This document shows positions 9,369-18,944 of a stretch of DNA of 54,417 bases, piece after piece. The notes below the pieces were generated by a model that worked only from the letters and a program-made list of their open reading frames with translations, had not been told where the DNA came from and made no database searches. A program made the translations under genes and the position numbers. Each line of letters begins with the position of its first letter. Within the stretch, counting starts at the first letter, position 1. Source of the stretch: a virus (taxonomy: Duplodnaviria; Heunggongvirae; Uroviricota; Caudoviricetes). The stretch lies in the IMG/VR virus record IMGVR_UViG_3300009784_000001, positions 1 to 54,417 of that record. One strand, given 5' to 3'.

Positions 9369-9528
9369 AACTTGGATTGAAAAAGTAAGAAAAATGGCAA
9401 TGATTTTTATTGAAGATTTTTCAGATTATGATAAATTAACAAAAGAAGAAATTAAAATGATTGGTTGGATACAGACCAGTATTTTTAATGATTTGGGCGA
9501 TTGGGATGATTTAAAAGAAAAAAAATGA
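9358..9528 (+). CDS. small hypothetical protein (56 aa)
   Basis: MKSKTWIEK...DLKEKK*, fills the gap with overlaps on both sides; below the ORF-track cutoff. Confidence 0.55.
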   Translation: MKSKTWIEKVRKMAMIFIEDFSDYDKLTKEEIKMIGWIQTSIFNDLGDWDDLKEKK

Positions 9529-10343
9529 TTAATAAAATAAAATTTGAAAATATTATAGGGTTAAATTTCTGTGGTGATATTCATGGAGAATTTGAAAATC
9601 TTGTATATCAAATTACTGATAGATATAAGATGGAAAATACTGTAACTATTTGCTGTGGAGATATAGGTATGGGATTTAATAAAGATGAATATTATTTTCA
9701 AGTATTTCTTAAATTAAATAAAAAATTAATTAAGGATAATAATTATGTTATTTTTTTAAGAGGAAACCATGATAATGCTGATTATTTTAACAATGAAGGA
9801 AAAACAAATCTATTCAGAAAATATAAACAAATCCATTTAATTCCTGATTATACAATTATTGAACTTAATAATATTATTAATGTTTTATGTATTGGTGGCG
9901 CAACATCAGTTGATAGAGTTGATAGAATAGCTGCTGAAAGACGAAAATGGGGAAAGAAAATATATTGGGAAAATGAAATAGTTATATATGATGAAGACAA
10001 ATTAAAGGAAATTAATGAATTATATCCATGTAATATACAAATAATTGCCACTCATACTTCACCAGATTTTTGTTATCCGACTACAAAACAAGGAATTATG
10101 GGGTTTTTGTTGAAAGATAATCAATTAAATGATGATTTAAATATTGAAAGGGGATTAATAACTAATATATTTAATTATTTAGTAGATAATGGGCAAGTAA
10201 GTATATTAGAATGGTGGTACGCTCATTTTCATGAGTACAAAAGAGAAAATATTAATGGTATTAATTTTATCTTGTTAGATTGTAATCAAATAATGGAAAG
10301 TCCATTATTTAGAAGTTTAAATAGTAAAAAAGATGAATATTGA
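9525..10343 (+). CDS. metallophosphoesterase (calcineurin-like)
   Basis: GDIHG, CGDIG, RGNHD, THT, AHFH motifs. Confidence 0.9.
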   Translation: MINKIKFENIIGLNFCGDIHGEFENLVYQITDRYKMENTVTICCGDIGMGFNKDEYYFQVFLKLNKKLIKDNNYVIFLRGNHDNADYFNNEGKTNLFRKYKQIHLIPDYTIIELNNIINVLCIGGATSVDRVDRIAAERRKWGKKIYWENEIVIYDEDKLKEINELYPCNIQIIATHTSPDFCYPTTKQGIMGFLLKDNQLNDDLNIERGLITNIFNYLVDNGQVSILEWWYAHFHEYKRENINGINFILLDCNQIMESPLFRSLNSKKDEY

Positions 10344-10692
10344 AACAATTATATTATGTTTATTTAAGAAATCAGAAGCAATTATTTCTAAGCCTTCTCA
10401 AATTCATAAAGCCTTTTATAAAGTAAAATATTTACCTAAGTACAGAGACTTACTTAAAACCTTATTATTTACTGGCTCTCCAGTCAATCCATTTTCAGAA
10501 AAATTAAATGAAATATTCTTTAATTTACAGTATGTAGATGCTATTCATTTACATGGTAATGAATTAGGAACTTATGTTATTACAGAAAATTTTAAAGAAT
10601 TATATGAAGATTCAATAAAAGATATAGATTCAATAACATTAGAAAGAATTGGAGAAATGTGTGAGTATATTTTGGAATATATGAGAAATTAA
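10333..10692 (+). CDS. hypothetical protein, possibly winged-helix
   Basis: IHKAFY...PFSEKL pattern loosely resembles SocA/DUF4065-like proteins; weak. Confidence 0.45.
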   Translation: MNIETIILCLFKKSEAIISKPSQIHKAFYKVKYLPKYRDLLKTLLFTGSPVNPFSEKLNEIFFNLQYVDAIHLHGNELGTYVITENFKELYEDSIKDIDSITLERIGEMCEYILEYMRN

Positions 10693-10738
10693 AAAATATG
10701 TTTTCAATATATTAATGGTAATAATTAAAAAGAATATT

Positions 10739-10770
10739 TTTGTTATTACCATTTTTTATTTATATTTTTG
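10739..10770 (+). promoter_or_regulatory. -33/-7 promoter
   Basis: TTTG 10739-42, 20 nt, TAttTTTG 10763-70. Confidence 0.6.
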
Positions 10771-10787
10771 TACTAAATGTTAAAAGT

Positions 10788-11306
10788 ATGGAAAAATTAA
10801 AGTATAGAATGTATTTTTTGGTAATGTATAATCTTTCACCAATTCAACAAGGGATACAAGCGGGGCATGTAAGTTTAGAATATGTTGATGAATATGGAGA
10901 TACTAAAGAATATAAAGATTTTTTTGAAAATGATAAAACATGGATAGTTTTAAATGGTGGCACATCTAATGATATGTTACAACATTATAGTTATTTAAAT
11001 AATGAACTTGAAATTAATGTTTCATTTTTCTTGGAACCTGATTTAAATGAATCAATGTCAGCTATTTGTTTTTTAGCTGATGAAAGAATTTGGGATAAAG
11101 AAAAATATCCTGATTTTTTAGATTACTGTGATACAGAACTAAAAAATTGTATTCACCCACAAGAGCCATCAAAATTATTATTAGGAATGTCATTAGTATA
11201 TGATCCTATAGAAAAAGATGAACTTTATAAAAAATGGGTTGAAAGTATTGGTGGAGAAACTAATGCAAAATTAAGAGAATTTTTAAAAAATAAAAGATTA
11301 GCTTAA
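10788..11306 (+). CDS. phage peptidyl-tRNA hydrolase 2-like protein
   Basis: MYFLV..LSPIQQGIQAGH, KTWIVLNGG, FLEPDLN..MSAICF. Start moved to ATG 10788. Confidence 0.6.
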   Translation: MEKLKYRMYFLVMYNLSPIQQGIQAGHVSLEYVDEYGDTKEYKDFFENDKTWIVLNGGTSNDMLQHYSYLNNELEINVSFFLEPDLNESMSAICFLADERIWDKEKYPDFLDYCDTELKNCIHPQEPSKLLLGMSLVYDPIEKDELYKKWVESIGGETNAKLREFLKNKRLA

Positions 11307-11310
11307 ATAT

Positions 11311-12051
11311 ATGAATAGAATTTTTAATATTTTAGTAGTTGGAAATAATCCCCAAGAAATAGTTGAAAAATATGATCTTAATAGAGAAATAGAACCTTAT
11401 ATTTTATATAAGCTAGATGATATGAATAAAATTTATGAGAACAAAGTTTATTTATATGAATCTGTTTTAGCTTCTAAAGATAGAATTGATATTGAACTAT
11501 TAAAACAAGCACAATTATGTTTAAAGAGAATTAAACAATTAACTCCTTTTACATATTATCAAGAAATGTCACAATATTATATTCTTGATGAAAAAACAGG
11601 AGATTTATTAACTACTGAAAATCCATTAGGAAAATATGATACTATTGGACAAGATACTTTACTTTTAGTTGGAGATGAAGAAATATCTCAAGCATATAAA
11701 AGAGATATTAATTTTGATAAATTGCATAGAAATCAAAATAGATTAAATCTTCAAGAAAGAGCTTATGATTTATGTGTAAATCTTCTTGATCCAGAAGATG
11801 AAACAGATAAATTAATTCTTCAAAATATGGGGGATTTGAACTCTCAAAGTTATTTTGATAGATTTGATGACAAAGAAGAATATGCCTTATATTGTGAATC
11901 GATGGGATTTTATGCTTTTGTAACTGATAAAGAATGGATTGAAATTCCATCTATTCAAAATGAAATTCCATGGAAAATTAATTTTTATGATAAATTTATA
12001 AAAGATTTACCAGATAATGATTTATTAACCACTTATGTATGTACGAAGTAA
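11311..12051 (+). CDS. hypothetical protein
   Basis: Long ORF in operon. Confidence 0.7.
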   Translation: MNRIFNILVVGNNPQEIVEKYDLNREIEPYILYKLDDMNKIYENKVYLYESVLASKDRIDIELLKQAQLCLKRIKQLTPFTYYQEMSQYYILDEKTGDLLTTENPLGKYDTIGQDTLLLVGDEEISQAYKRDINFDKLHRNQNRLNLQERAYDLCVNLLDPEDETDKLILQNMGDLNSQSYFDRFDDKEEYALYCESMGFYAFVTDKEWIEIPSIQNEIPWKINFYDKFIKDLPDNDLLTTYVCTK

Positions 12052-12353
12052 ATATAATTCCACCAGCTCAATGGATTGAAAATGAATATGAAATAAAAGA
12101 TGAATATTGTGATAGATTAAAATCTTTGAAAGATAAAATTTCTGTATTGTTAAGTGAAAACTTGGGGAAGTTTCTAACCAGATCTCAACTTACAGATGTT
12201 TATTATACTTTAGATAGTATTTTTAATGAATATAAATTAGATAATTTGAAATACAAAATAGATAGTTTAAATAATGAAGTATTTATTACTTCTTTGGATT
12301 TTAATACTTATTGTGTATTTCAAAATTTGCTTAATAATAAAATAGAAATATAG
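12039..12353 (+). CDS. hypothetical protein
   Basis: ORF in operon. Confidence 0.6.
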   Translation: MYEVNIIPPAQWIENEYEIKDEYCDRLKSLKDKISVLLSENLGKFLTRSQLTDVYYTLDSIFNEYKLDNLKYKIDSLNNEVFITSLDFNTYCVFQNLLNNKIEI

Positions 12354-12357
12354 AAAA

Positions 12358-12819
12358 ATGGAAACAATTAAATTTAGAGCTAAAGATGAAGATACTAATG
12401 AATGGTTATATGGATATTATACTGAATTTGCTACAAATGAAGGAAGACAAGTTAACGTTATTGTTACTGAAGAAAGTAAATATAGAAAGGCATTAGGAGT
12501 TATACCTTATACACTTGGACAATTTAGTAGCTTCTATGATAAAGATAATAATGAAATATATCATGGAGATATATTAGAATTATCATTAGAAAATGACAAA
12601 GTAATAAAAGTAATTTGTTGGTTTGGGAATGCTCAAAGAACATTATATTATGGAGAATTTGTGGAAATAAGAGGTTTTTCTTTTATTGTTCCTGGTGGCA
12701 AAAGAAGTTTTCCTGTAATAGAAAATTATCAGGGTAAACATGATGTAGAAATTATGAAAATAATAGGAAATATATGGGATAATTCTGATTTAATTGATAA
12801 AGATGAGTATAAATTATAA
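12358..12819 (+). CDS. YopX family protein
   Basis: IKFRAKD..W.YG, TLGQFS..DK...EIYHGDIL, IIGNIWDN. Confidence 0.85.
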   Translation: METIKFRAKDEDTNEWLYGYYTEFATNEGRQVNVIVTEESKYRKALGVIPYTLGQFSSFYDKDNNEIYHGDILELSLENDKVIKVICWFGNAQRTLYYGEFVEIRGFSFIVPGGKRSFPVIENYQGKHDVEIMKIIGNIWDNSDLIDKDEYKL

Positions 12820-13501
12820 TGATATAGTTCGTTCTATTAGCTATGACCAAAACGAAATATTATATAATATTTTGAAATTATATAATAATGGAAATGATTT
12901 TGATTGTGATCCAACTTATTCAAAAGGTGGATTTTATAATAAAAGTAAAGAATTCCCTGTTAATTCTCCTAAATATAAATTTGATGTTTTTCCTATTATA
13001 AATGGAGTTGAAAAGATTGAACCATTAGGTAAATTTCCATTGGATGATGATTCAATTCAATCAATTAATATTGACTTACCTTTTGTTTGCGCTCCGCCAA
13101 ATGCTCCTTCTATGAAAAGAGAAGGAAAAGAACATAATATTATTCAAAGAAGATTTGTAAGCTATTACCCTATTCAAGAAATGTTTAAGTCTTATTATCA
13201 TTTCCTTGAAGAAAGTTTTAGAGTATTGAAACCAGGAGGAATTTGTATATTTAAAACTCAAAGAAATATTAGTGGAAGTATTACTTATATGACACCCCAA
13301 TATTCATGGATGTGTGCAGAAAAAATAGGTTTTTATACAATAGATGAATTTATTTTATTAGCAAGAAATCGCCTTTGGTCAGGAAAAATTAAAGAGCAAC
13401 AACATAGTAGAGCATTTCATTCTTCATTTTTCGTTTTTCAAAAACCAATTAGCAAGAGATTTAGAACAGTAGATTATTTCAAATGGAAAGAAAATGTTTA
13501 A
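12803..13501 (+). CDS. DNA methyltransferase-like protein
   Basis: DCDPTYSKGGFY, IDLPF, RVLKPGGICIFK. ATG 12803 preferred. Confidence 0.7.
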   Translation: MSINYNDIVRSISYDQNEILYNILKLYNNGNDFDCDPTYSKGGFYNKSKEFPVNSPKYKFDVFPIINGVEKIEPLGKFPLDDDSIQSINIDLPFVCAPPNAPSMKREGKEHNIIQRRFVSYYPIQEMFKSYYHFLEESFRVLKPGGICIFKTQRNISGSITYMTPQYSWMCAEKIGFYTIDEFILLARNRLWSGKIKEQQHSRAFHSSFFVFQKPISKRFRTVDYFKWKENV

Positions 13502-13513
13502 TAATAAGAATAA

Positions 13514-13558
13514 TTAACATAGAATATTTGGTTATAATATAAAAAAGTTTTACCTTTG
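13514..13558 (+). promoter_or_regulatory. promoter with upstream TTAAC element
   Basis: TTAAC 13514-18, 8 nt, TTTG 13527-30, 20 nt, TAccTTTG 13551-58. Confidence 0.8.
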
Positions 13559-13600
13559 TAAAGTAAAACTTAATGAATAAAAAGATAGGTTTTGTGAAAA

Positions 13601-14092
13601 GTGAATTATATAAGAGATATTAGTGATGAACAATTAATTCAAGGAAAATTTGTGGAAAATATATTTAAAACAAAATTAAGAGAATATTTTAATACAGCAG
13701 AAGTTGTAGATGCAACTCCTGAACAAGATATGAATGAACATTGGGATATTCAAGTTAATTTGAAGTTTGATGTCAAAGGTTTGAAAAAAGTTAGAAGAAA
13801 TGATAACAAAACTGATGAAAATTTTCATTATATCGAGTTAAAAAATGTTCAAGGAAAAACTGGGTGGCTATATGGAGAAGCTACACATTTTTCATTTGAA
13901 ACTGATGATTATTGGATAATTGTAGAAAAATCTGCTCTTCAAGAATTCATAAAAATTAAATGTAAAGAGAAAATTAAGTGTACTGTTCCTACTTTATATC
14001 AACTATATACTCGAAAAAATAGAAAAGATGTTATAGTATTGGTAAAAACAATAGACTTAATGGCAATAGCAAATTTTATAATAAATAAATAA
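13601..14092 (+). CDS. PD-(D/E)XK-type nuclease-like protein
   Basis: EHWD...DVKG, IELKN..G..GWLYGEA. Confidence 0.6.
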   Translation: MNYIRDISDEQLIQGKFVENIFKTKLREYFNTAEVVDATPEQDMNEHWDIQVNLKFDVKGLKKVRRNDNKTDENFHYIELKNVQGKTGWLYGEATHFSFETDDYWIIVEKSALQEFIKIKCKEKIKCTVPTLYQLYTRKNRKDVIVLVKTIDLMAIANFIINK

Positions 14093-14093
14093 T

Positions 14094-14552
14094 ATGGAAC
14101 TGAAAATAAATGTAGATGATTGTAGTTTATCTAATAAACTTGTGAAATTTTTGAAAGATAATAACATTTGTGTAAATATAACACACAAATCTTTTAATTC
14201 ATATAAAGATATTACATCTTTTGAAGATGCTTTGGAATGTTTGGGAGAAGTGGATGAATATGTTGATTATCATGCAGTAGTTAAATCTCATCATTATGCT
14301 TTATATAAATTGGAAACAATTATTAAAGCTATCAATAAGATTGAAAATTGGGAACCAAATTGGCAAAATTACAATCAAAAAAAATGCTATCCTTGGTTTT
14401 TTCTGGGTTCTCCTTTTCGGTTCTTTGATACGTATTATCGGAATGCGTTTACGTATGCGGGTTGCGCCTCTCGCCTATACTTGCCCTCCTCAGAAATAGC
14501 AACTTATGTAGGAAAGGAATTTTTAAATTTGTGGAAAGAATATATGCTATGA
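14094..14552 (+). CDS. DGR target protein 2 (remote target)
   Basis: Contains VR2; ITSFEDA, YKLETIIKAIN, WEPNW..NQKK.YPWF; paralogous to target 1. Confidence 0.9.
   Translation: MELKINVDDCSLSNKLVKFLKDNNICVNITHKSFNSYKDITSFEDALECLGEVDEYVDYHAVVKSHHYALYKLETIIKAINKIENWEPNWQNYNQKKCYPWFFLGSPFRFFDTYYRNAFTYAGCASRLYLPSSEIATYVGKEFLNLWKEYML
14394..14483 (+). repeat. DGR variable region VR2
   Basis: 90-nt ungapped match to TR 167-256; 16 mismatches, all at 26 available TR adenines. Confidence 0.95.
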
Positions 14553-14734
14553 AAATGGAAATTGTTGGATTACATAATTTTGAATTTGAATTAGATGGTG
14601 AGAAATTTAAAATGGATGCTTCTTTTGATGAAGAAAAAAGAAAGCTAGATATCTATCTTACAAAGTATCCTAAAATCTCACATATTGATATAAAATTTAC
14701 AATAACAAAAGAAGGAGAATTTATTAATGAATAA
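14549..14734 (+). CDS. small hypothetical protein
   Basis: ATG 14549 overlapping the previous stop; in frame with track ORF 14462..14734. Confidence 0.55.
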   Translation: MKMEIVGLHNFEFELDGEKFKMDASFDEEKRKLDIYLTKYPKISHIDIKFTITKEGEFINE

Positions 14735-16097
14735 TAAATTATTTACAAAATCGAATCACTTCCAGGAAAATTATGCTTCCCAAGTGATTAAAATTGATAA
14801 TGTTAGAAATCATCCTGATCCTAATGTTCATAGCCTGGATATAGTAACTCATCAGGGAGCTGATATTATTGTGGGAAGAGGAAGTGTAAATATTGGTGAT
14901 ATAATGATTCATTGTGCAGTAGAATCAGCATTAAATAAAGATTTTTTATCTAAAAATAATCAGTTTGAAGATAAAGAATTAAATGCAGATCCTGCGCAGA
15001 AAAGTTTCTTTAATAAAAAGGGAAGAGTTCGGGCAATTTCCTTACAAAAGGTTCCATCTAGAGGCTTTTTATTTCCTCCTGAGTGGTTAAAATTATGGCA
15101 ACCTGATATTAAAGAAAATAACTGGGAAGAATATATAGGTATTGAATTTGATACTGTTAATAATATATTGTTTTCAAAGAAATATGTTATTGAAGTTTCT
15201 AAACCTAGAGAACATACAGGAAATAAAGTCAATAAAAGAAATAAAAAATTAAAAAGATTTGATAAATTGATTGAAAATCAATTTAAATTCCATTATGATA
15301 CTGGTTTCTTGGCAAAAAACTTACATAAAATTAATCCTGATGATATAATTTCTATAACTGCCAAATTTCATGGAACTTCTGGAATTTTCTCAAATGTTTT
15401 AATCAATAAAGAATTAAATTTATTTGAAAAATTATTGAAAAAATTAGGGGTAAAAATTGAAAGCAAAGAATATGGTGAAATTATTTCTTCCAGAGGAGTT
15501 ATTAAAAATCGCTATGTAAACAAAGAAGTAACTGAAGGCTTTTATAAAGTGGATGTATGGACAGAAGCTGCTAAAAAAGTAATACCATTACTTGCCAAAG
15601 GAGAAACTTGCTATGTGGAAATCTGTGGATATCTTCCAGGAAGTTCTACATATATTCAAAAAAATCATGATTACAAATGTAATGAAGGCGAATTTGAAGT
15701 TTATGTATATAGAGTAACAACTACAAATGTTGATGGGATTATACATGAATTGTCTGCTTCACAAGTTCAGCAATGGTGCAATGCAAGAGGATTAAAACCT
15801 GTTGTGGAGTTGTGGTATGGTAAAGCAAAAGATTTATATCCTGAATTAGATGTTGAACAACATTGGCATGAAAATTTTCTTGATAAATTGAAAAATGATA
15901 AAAAGAAATTTTATATGGAATGCTATTCACCTCATTCTTTTAACAAAGTGCCTCATGAAGGAATTGTAATTAGAAATGATTCTTATAATGATATGCTCGC
16001 TTTAAAATTAAAATGTGATTTACATTATCAATGGGATTCTCTTCAACTTGATAAAGGTGAAATAGATATAGAAACACAAGAAACAATAAATGAATAA
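14727..16097 (+). CDS. RNA ligase, DRB0094/Rnl2-like with N-terminal OB-like domain
   Basis: HPDPNVHSLD N-domain, VRAISL...SRG, ITAKFHGTSG (motif I), EGIVIR, ALKLK. Confidence 0.75.
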   Translation: MNNKLFTKSNHFQENYASQVIKIDNVRNHPDPNVHSLDIVTHQGADIIVGRGSVNIGDIMIHCAVESALNKDFLSKNNQFEDKELNADPAQKSFFNKKGRVRAISLQKVPSRGFLFPPEWLKLWQPDIKENNWEEYIGIEFDTVNNILFSKKYVIEVSKPREHTGNKVNKRNKKLKRFDKLIENQFKFHYDTGFLAKNLHKINPDDIISITAKFHGTSGIFSNVLINKELNLFEKLLKKLGVKIESKEYGEIISSRGVIKNRYVNKEVTEGFYKVDVWTEAAKKVIPLLAKGETCYVEICGYLPGSSTYIQKNHDYKCNEGEFEVYVYRVTTTNVDGIIHELSASQVQQWCNARGLKPVVELWYGKAKDLYPELDVEQHWHENFLDKLKNDKKKFYMECYSPHSFNKVPHEGIVIRNDSYNDMLALKLKCDLHYQWDSLQLDKGEIDIETQETINE

Positions 16098-16099
16098 TT

Positions 16100-17050
16100 G
16101 TGTCTAAAAAATTAGATATTAAAGAATTTATTGAAAAAGCCAAAAAAATACATGGTGATAAGTATGATTATTCTAAAGTAAATTATACAAATTCAAAAAC
16201 AAAAATATGTATTATTTGTCCAAAACATGGAGATTTTTTTCAATGTCCAAATAAACATTTAAGTGGACAAGGATGCCCTGTTTGCGGAAAAATAGATTCT
16301 AATAAAAAAAGAATTATATTATCAACACAAGAATTTGTTAATCAAGCAAATTTGATACATGAACATAAATATCTTTATTTAAATACTCATTATAAAGGAA
16401 GGCATAAAAAAATAAAATATCTTTGTTGTAGACATGGAGAAATAGAACAAGAAGCTAATTCTCATTTAAAAGGAAAAGGATGTCCTTTTTGTGGACAATT
16501 AAATTTAGGAAATTATAAAAAATTAAATAAAAGAATATTTGAAAAACGCTCTAATTTAATTCATAATAGTGAATATGATTATTCACAGGTTAAATATTTA
16601 AATAGTTCAATAAAAGTTTTAATTAAACATAAAAAATGTGGAAAATATTTTTTTCAACTACCTTCTCATCATTTGAATGGAGTAGGTTGTCCTTATTGTA
16701 AAAAAAGTAGATTAGAAAAGAAAGTTGAAAATATTTTAATTAAATTTAATATTAAGTATGAAAATGGTTATAGAAAATTTAAATGGTTAAAATATAAATC
16801 TTATTTGGAACTTGATTTTTATCTTCCAGAATATAATATTGCTATTGAATGTCAAGGAAGGCAACATTTTGAGAATGAAGATTTTTTTGGTGGAAAAAGT
16901 GAGTATAAAAAAATAAAAAAAAGAGATAATATAAAGAAAAAGTTATGTGAACAACATAATCTTCCCTTATATTATGTTAATTATGATGATAATGTAGAAG
17001 AAAAAATGGGAAAAATTTTATTATTTAAAAATAAAGTATTATCTTTGTAG
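16100..17050 (+). CDS. putative homing-type endonuclease with three Zn-binding repeats
   Basis: Three F...A..IH..KY.Y....C..HG...Q...HL.G.GCP.C units, then LELDFYLPEYNIAIECQG. Confidence 0.7.
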   Translation: MSKKLDIKEFIEKAKKIHGDKYDYSKVNYTNSKTKICIICPKHGDFFQCPNKHLSGQGCPVCGKIDSNKKRIILSTQEFVNQANLIHEHKYLYLNTHYKGRHKKIKYLCCRHGEIEQEANSHLKGKGCPFCGQLNLGNYKKLNKRIFEKRSNLIHNSEYDYSQVKYLNSSIKVLIKHKKCGKYFFQLPSHHLNGVGCPYCKKSRLEKKVENILIKFNIKYENGYRKFKWLKYKSYLELDFYLPEYNIAIECQGRQHFENEDFFGGKSEYKKIKKRDNIKKKLCEQHNLPLYYVNYDDNVEEKMGKILLFKNKVLSL

Positions 17051-17069
17051 AGAAATTAAAATAATATAT

Positions 17070-17660
17070 ATGAAATTTGAAATAAAATCATTACCTTATG
17101 GATTAGGTGATTTGGAACCTGTCATAAGCAAAAAAACAATGGAATACCATTATGGTAAACATCTACAAGGTTATGTAGATAAGTTAAATGAATTAATTCC
17201 TGGAACTAAATACGAAAATCTTTCTTTGGAAGAAATAGTTAAACAAGCAGATGGCAAGATTTTTAATAATGCTGCCCAGGTATGGAATCATGACTTTTAT
17301 TTTGAACAATTTTCTAAAAAGAGAGAAGAAATGCCAAAGGTAAATTTACTTGATTTAGTTAATAAAACTTTTGGAAGTTTTACTGACTTTAAAACAAAAT
17401 TTAATACAGCATCCACTGACTTATTTGGTTCAGGGTGGGCATTTTTAGTATATGATAAATCAGATAGAAAATTGTATATTAATAGCTACGAAGATGCTAA
17501 AAATCCATTAGAAAGTTCAGTTTTAGTTCCTTTGTTGACCTTTGATGTATGGGAACATGCTTATTATTTAGATTATTATAACAAACGTGTTGACTATGTA
17601 AAGAAACTATGGGATATTATTGATTGGAGTGTAATTCAAAAAAGATTTGATGTAATATGA
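17070..17660 (+). CDS. sod: Fe/Mn superoxide dismutase
   Basis: HYGKH, FNNAAQVWNH, FGSGW, DVWEHAYYLDY. Confidence 0.97.
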   Translation: MKFEIKSLPYGLGDLEPVISKKTMEYHYGKHLQGYVDKLNELIPGTKYENLSLEEIVKQADGKIFNNAAQVWNHDFYFEQFSKKREEMPKVNLLDLVNKTFGSFTDFKTKFNTASTDLFGSGWAFLVYDKSDRKLYINSYEDAKNPLESSVLVPLLTFDVWEHAYYLDYYNKRVDYVKKLWDIIDWSVIQKRFDVI

Positions 17661-17998
17661 AAAATGCAGATGATTTTGAAATAGGGAATGTTATTATAAA
17701 TACACATACTAAAGAGAAATATGTTGTTATTGGAATTAATAATAAAGAAGATTCAAGTTCTTGTAGTTATGATAGAAATATAGAACTGGCTGAATTTGAT
17801 ATTATTGAGGATTATTGCGATTTAATAAAACCTTTTAAATTAAGTGATGAATTATGTCAAACAATTCCATTAAGAGGAATAGATATTAAATCTACATTGG
17901 AACATTGGGAACTGGCTACAGATGAAGTTCCATTTAAGTTTCTTCCTAGTGATTCCTATATAGCTATAAGAAAGAAAAAAGTAGTTACTTATATTTAA
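17657..17998 (+). CDS. hypothetical protein
   Basis: ORF in operon. Confidence 0.65.
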   Translation: MKNADDFEIGNVIINTHTKEKYVVIGINNKEDSSSCSYDRNIELAEFDIIEDYCDLIKPFKLSDELCQTIPLRGIDIKSTLEHWELATDEVPFKFLPSDSYIAIRKKKVVTYI

Positions 17999-18009
17999 AT
18001 AGAAAAAAT

Positions 18010-18192
18010 ATGAATAAGTTTTTAAATATGATTAAAAATAATTGGTTTTATATTGTAATGGCTATTGTAATTTTATTTGTTTTAGCATTTATAGTTATGA
18101 ATATTAAATGGATTATTATTGGTATAATTTCAATAGCAGGTGGCATATTTTTATATGTTTATATTAAATCATTTTTTGTTAAAAAACAATAA
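18010..18192 (+). CDS. small membrane protein
   Basis: Two hydrophobic stretches. Confidence 0.65.
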   Translation: MNKFLNMIKNNWFYIVMAIVILFVLAFIVMNIKWIIIGIISIAGGIFLYVYIKSFFVKKQ

Positions 18193-18194
18193 AT

Positions 18195-18809
18195 ATGAAA
18201 GTTGCATGTATATTTGGCACATTTGATCCAATTCATAATGGTCATTTGATGATGGCTACTACTTGTTTAAATTATGATTTTGATCAAGTATGGTTTATCC
18301 CATCTTATAATCCTTTCAAAGTGGGGAAAGAATTTATTACACCTTATAATATAAGATATGAGATGATAAAGAAAGGTATAATTTATGGTTGTAATATATT
18401 TGTCAATAATATTGAAATGGCAATGTATCATGAGTTTTGTGAAAGGAACGTTATGAATGAAGGATTATTTCCAGGTAATTATACTTATGATGTTTTAAAT
18501 AGATTGAAAGAACAATTTGAAGACATTGATTTTTCTTTAGTAGTTGGTTCAGATTGTTTTTTTGATTTATATAAATGGAAAAACTATGAAAAGTTAGTAG
18601 GAGAATACCCTATTGTATGGATTAATAGAAAAGAAGAAAATAAAATTTATTGTTACACTGATTTTATTAATCTTATTAAATTAAAAATGCCTAGAATTGA
18701 TATCTCTTCTTCAATGATTAGAGAAATGATAAAAAATGAAGATAGAATAACTTTTTATGTACCTACAGAAGTTGAAAAATATATTAAGGATAATAAATTA
18801 TATAATTAA
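18195..18809 (+). CDS. nadD: nicotinate-nucleotide adenylyltransferase
   Basis: GTFDPIHNGH, V.FIPS.NP.K, VVGSD, LYKWK, ISSSMIR. Confidence 0.9.
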   Translation: MKVACIFGTFDPIHNGHLMMATTCLNYDFDQVWFIPSYNPFKVGKEFITPYNIRYEMIKKGIIYGCNIFVNNIEMAMYHEFCERNVMNEGLFPGNYTYDVLNRLKEQFEDIDFSLVVGSDCFFDLYKWKNYEKLVGEYPIVWINRKEENKIYCYTDFINLIKLKMPRIDISSSMIREMIKNEDRITFYVPTEVEKYIKDNKLYN

Positions 18810-18815
18810 ATAAAA

Positions 18816-18944
18816 ATGAATTGGATAATAATTGGTAGTATAGCTGTTATTGCATTTTTTACATGTATTTTAATTCTGTTGAATAAATTTTTCAAACATT
18901 TTTTCAATATATTTGATAAACTTATGCAAGATGAAGAATTTTGA
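18816..18944 (+). CDS. small membrane peptide (42 aa)
   Basis: MNWIIIGSIAVIAFFTCILILL...; sits between nadD and nadE and overlaps the nadE start. Confidence 0.5.
   Translation: MNWIIIGSIAVIAFFTCILILLNKFFKHFFNIFDKLMQDEEF

Noticed and set aside
12803-14092. A type II restriction-modification pair
   Set aside because: A promoter separates the genes and neither family call is specific enough to claim cognate pairing.
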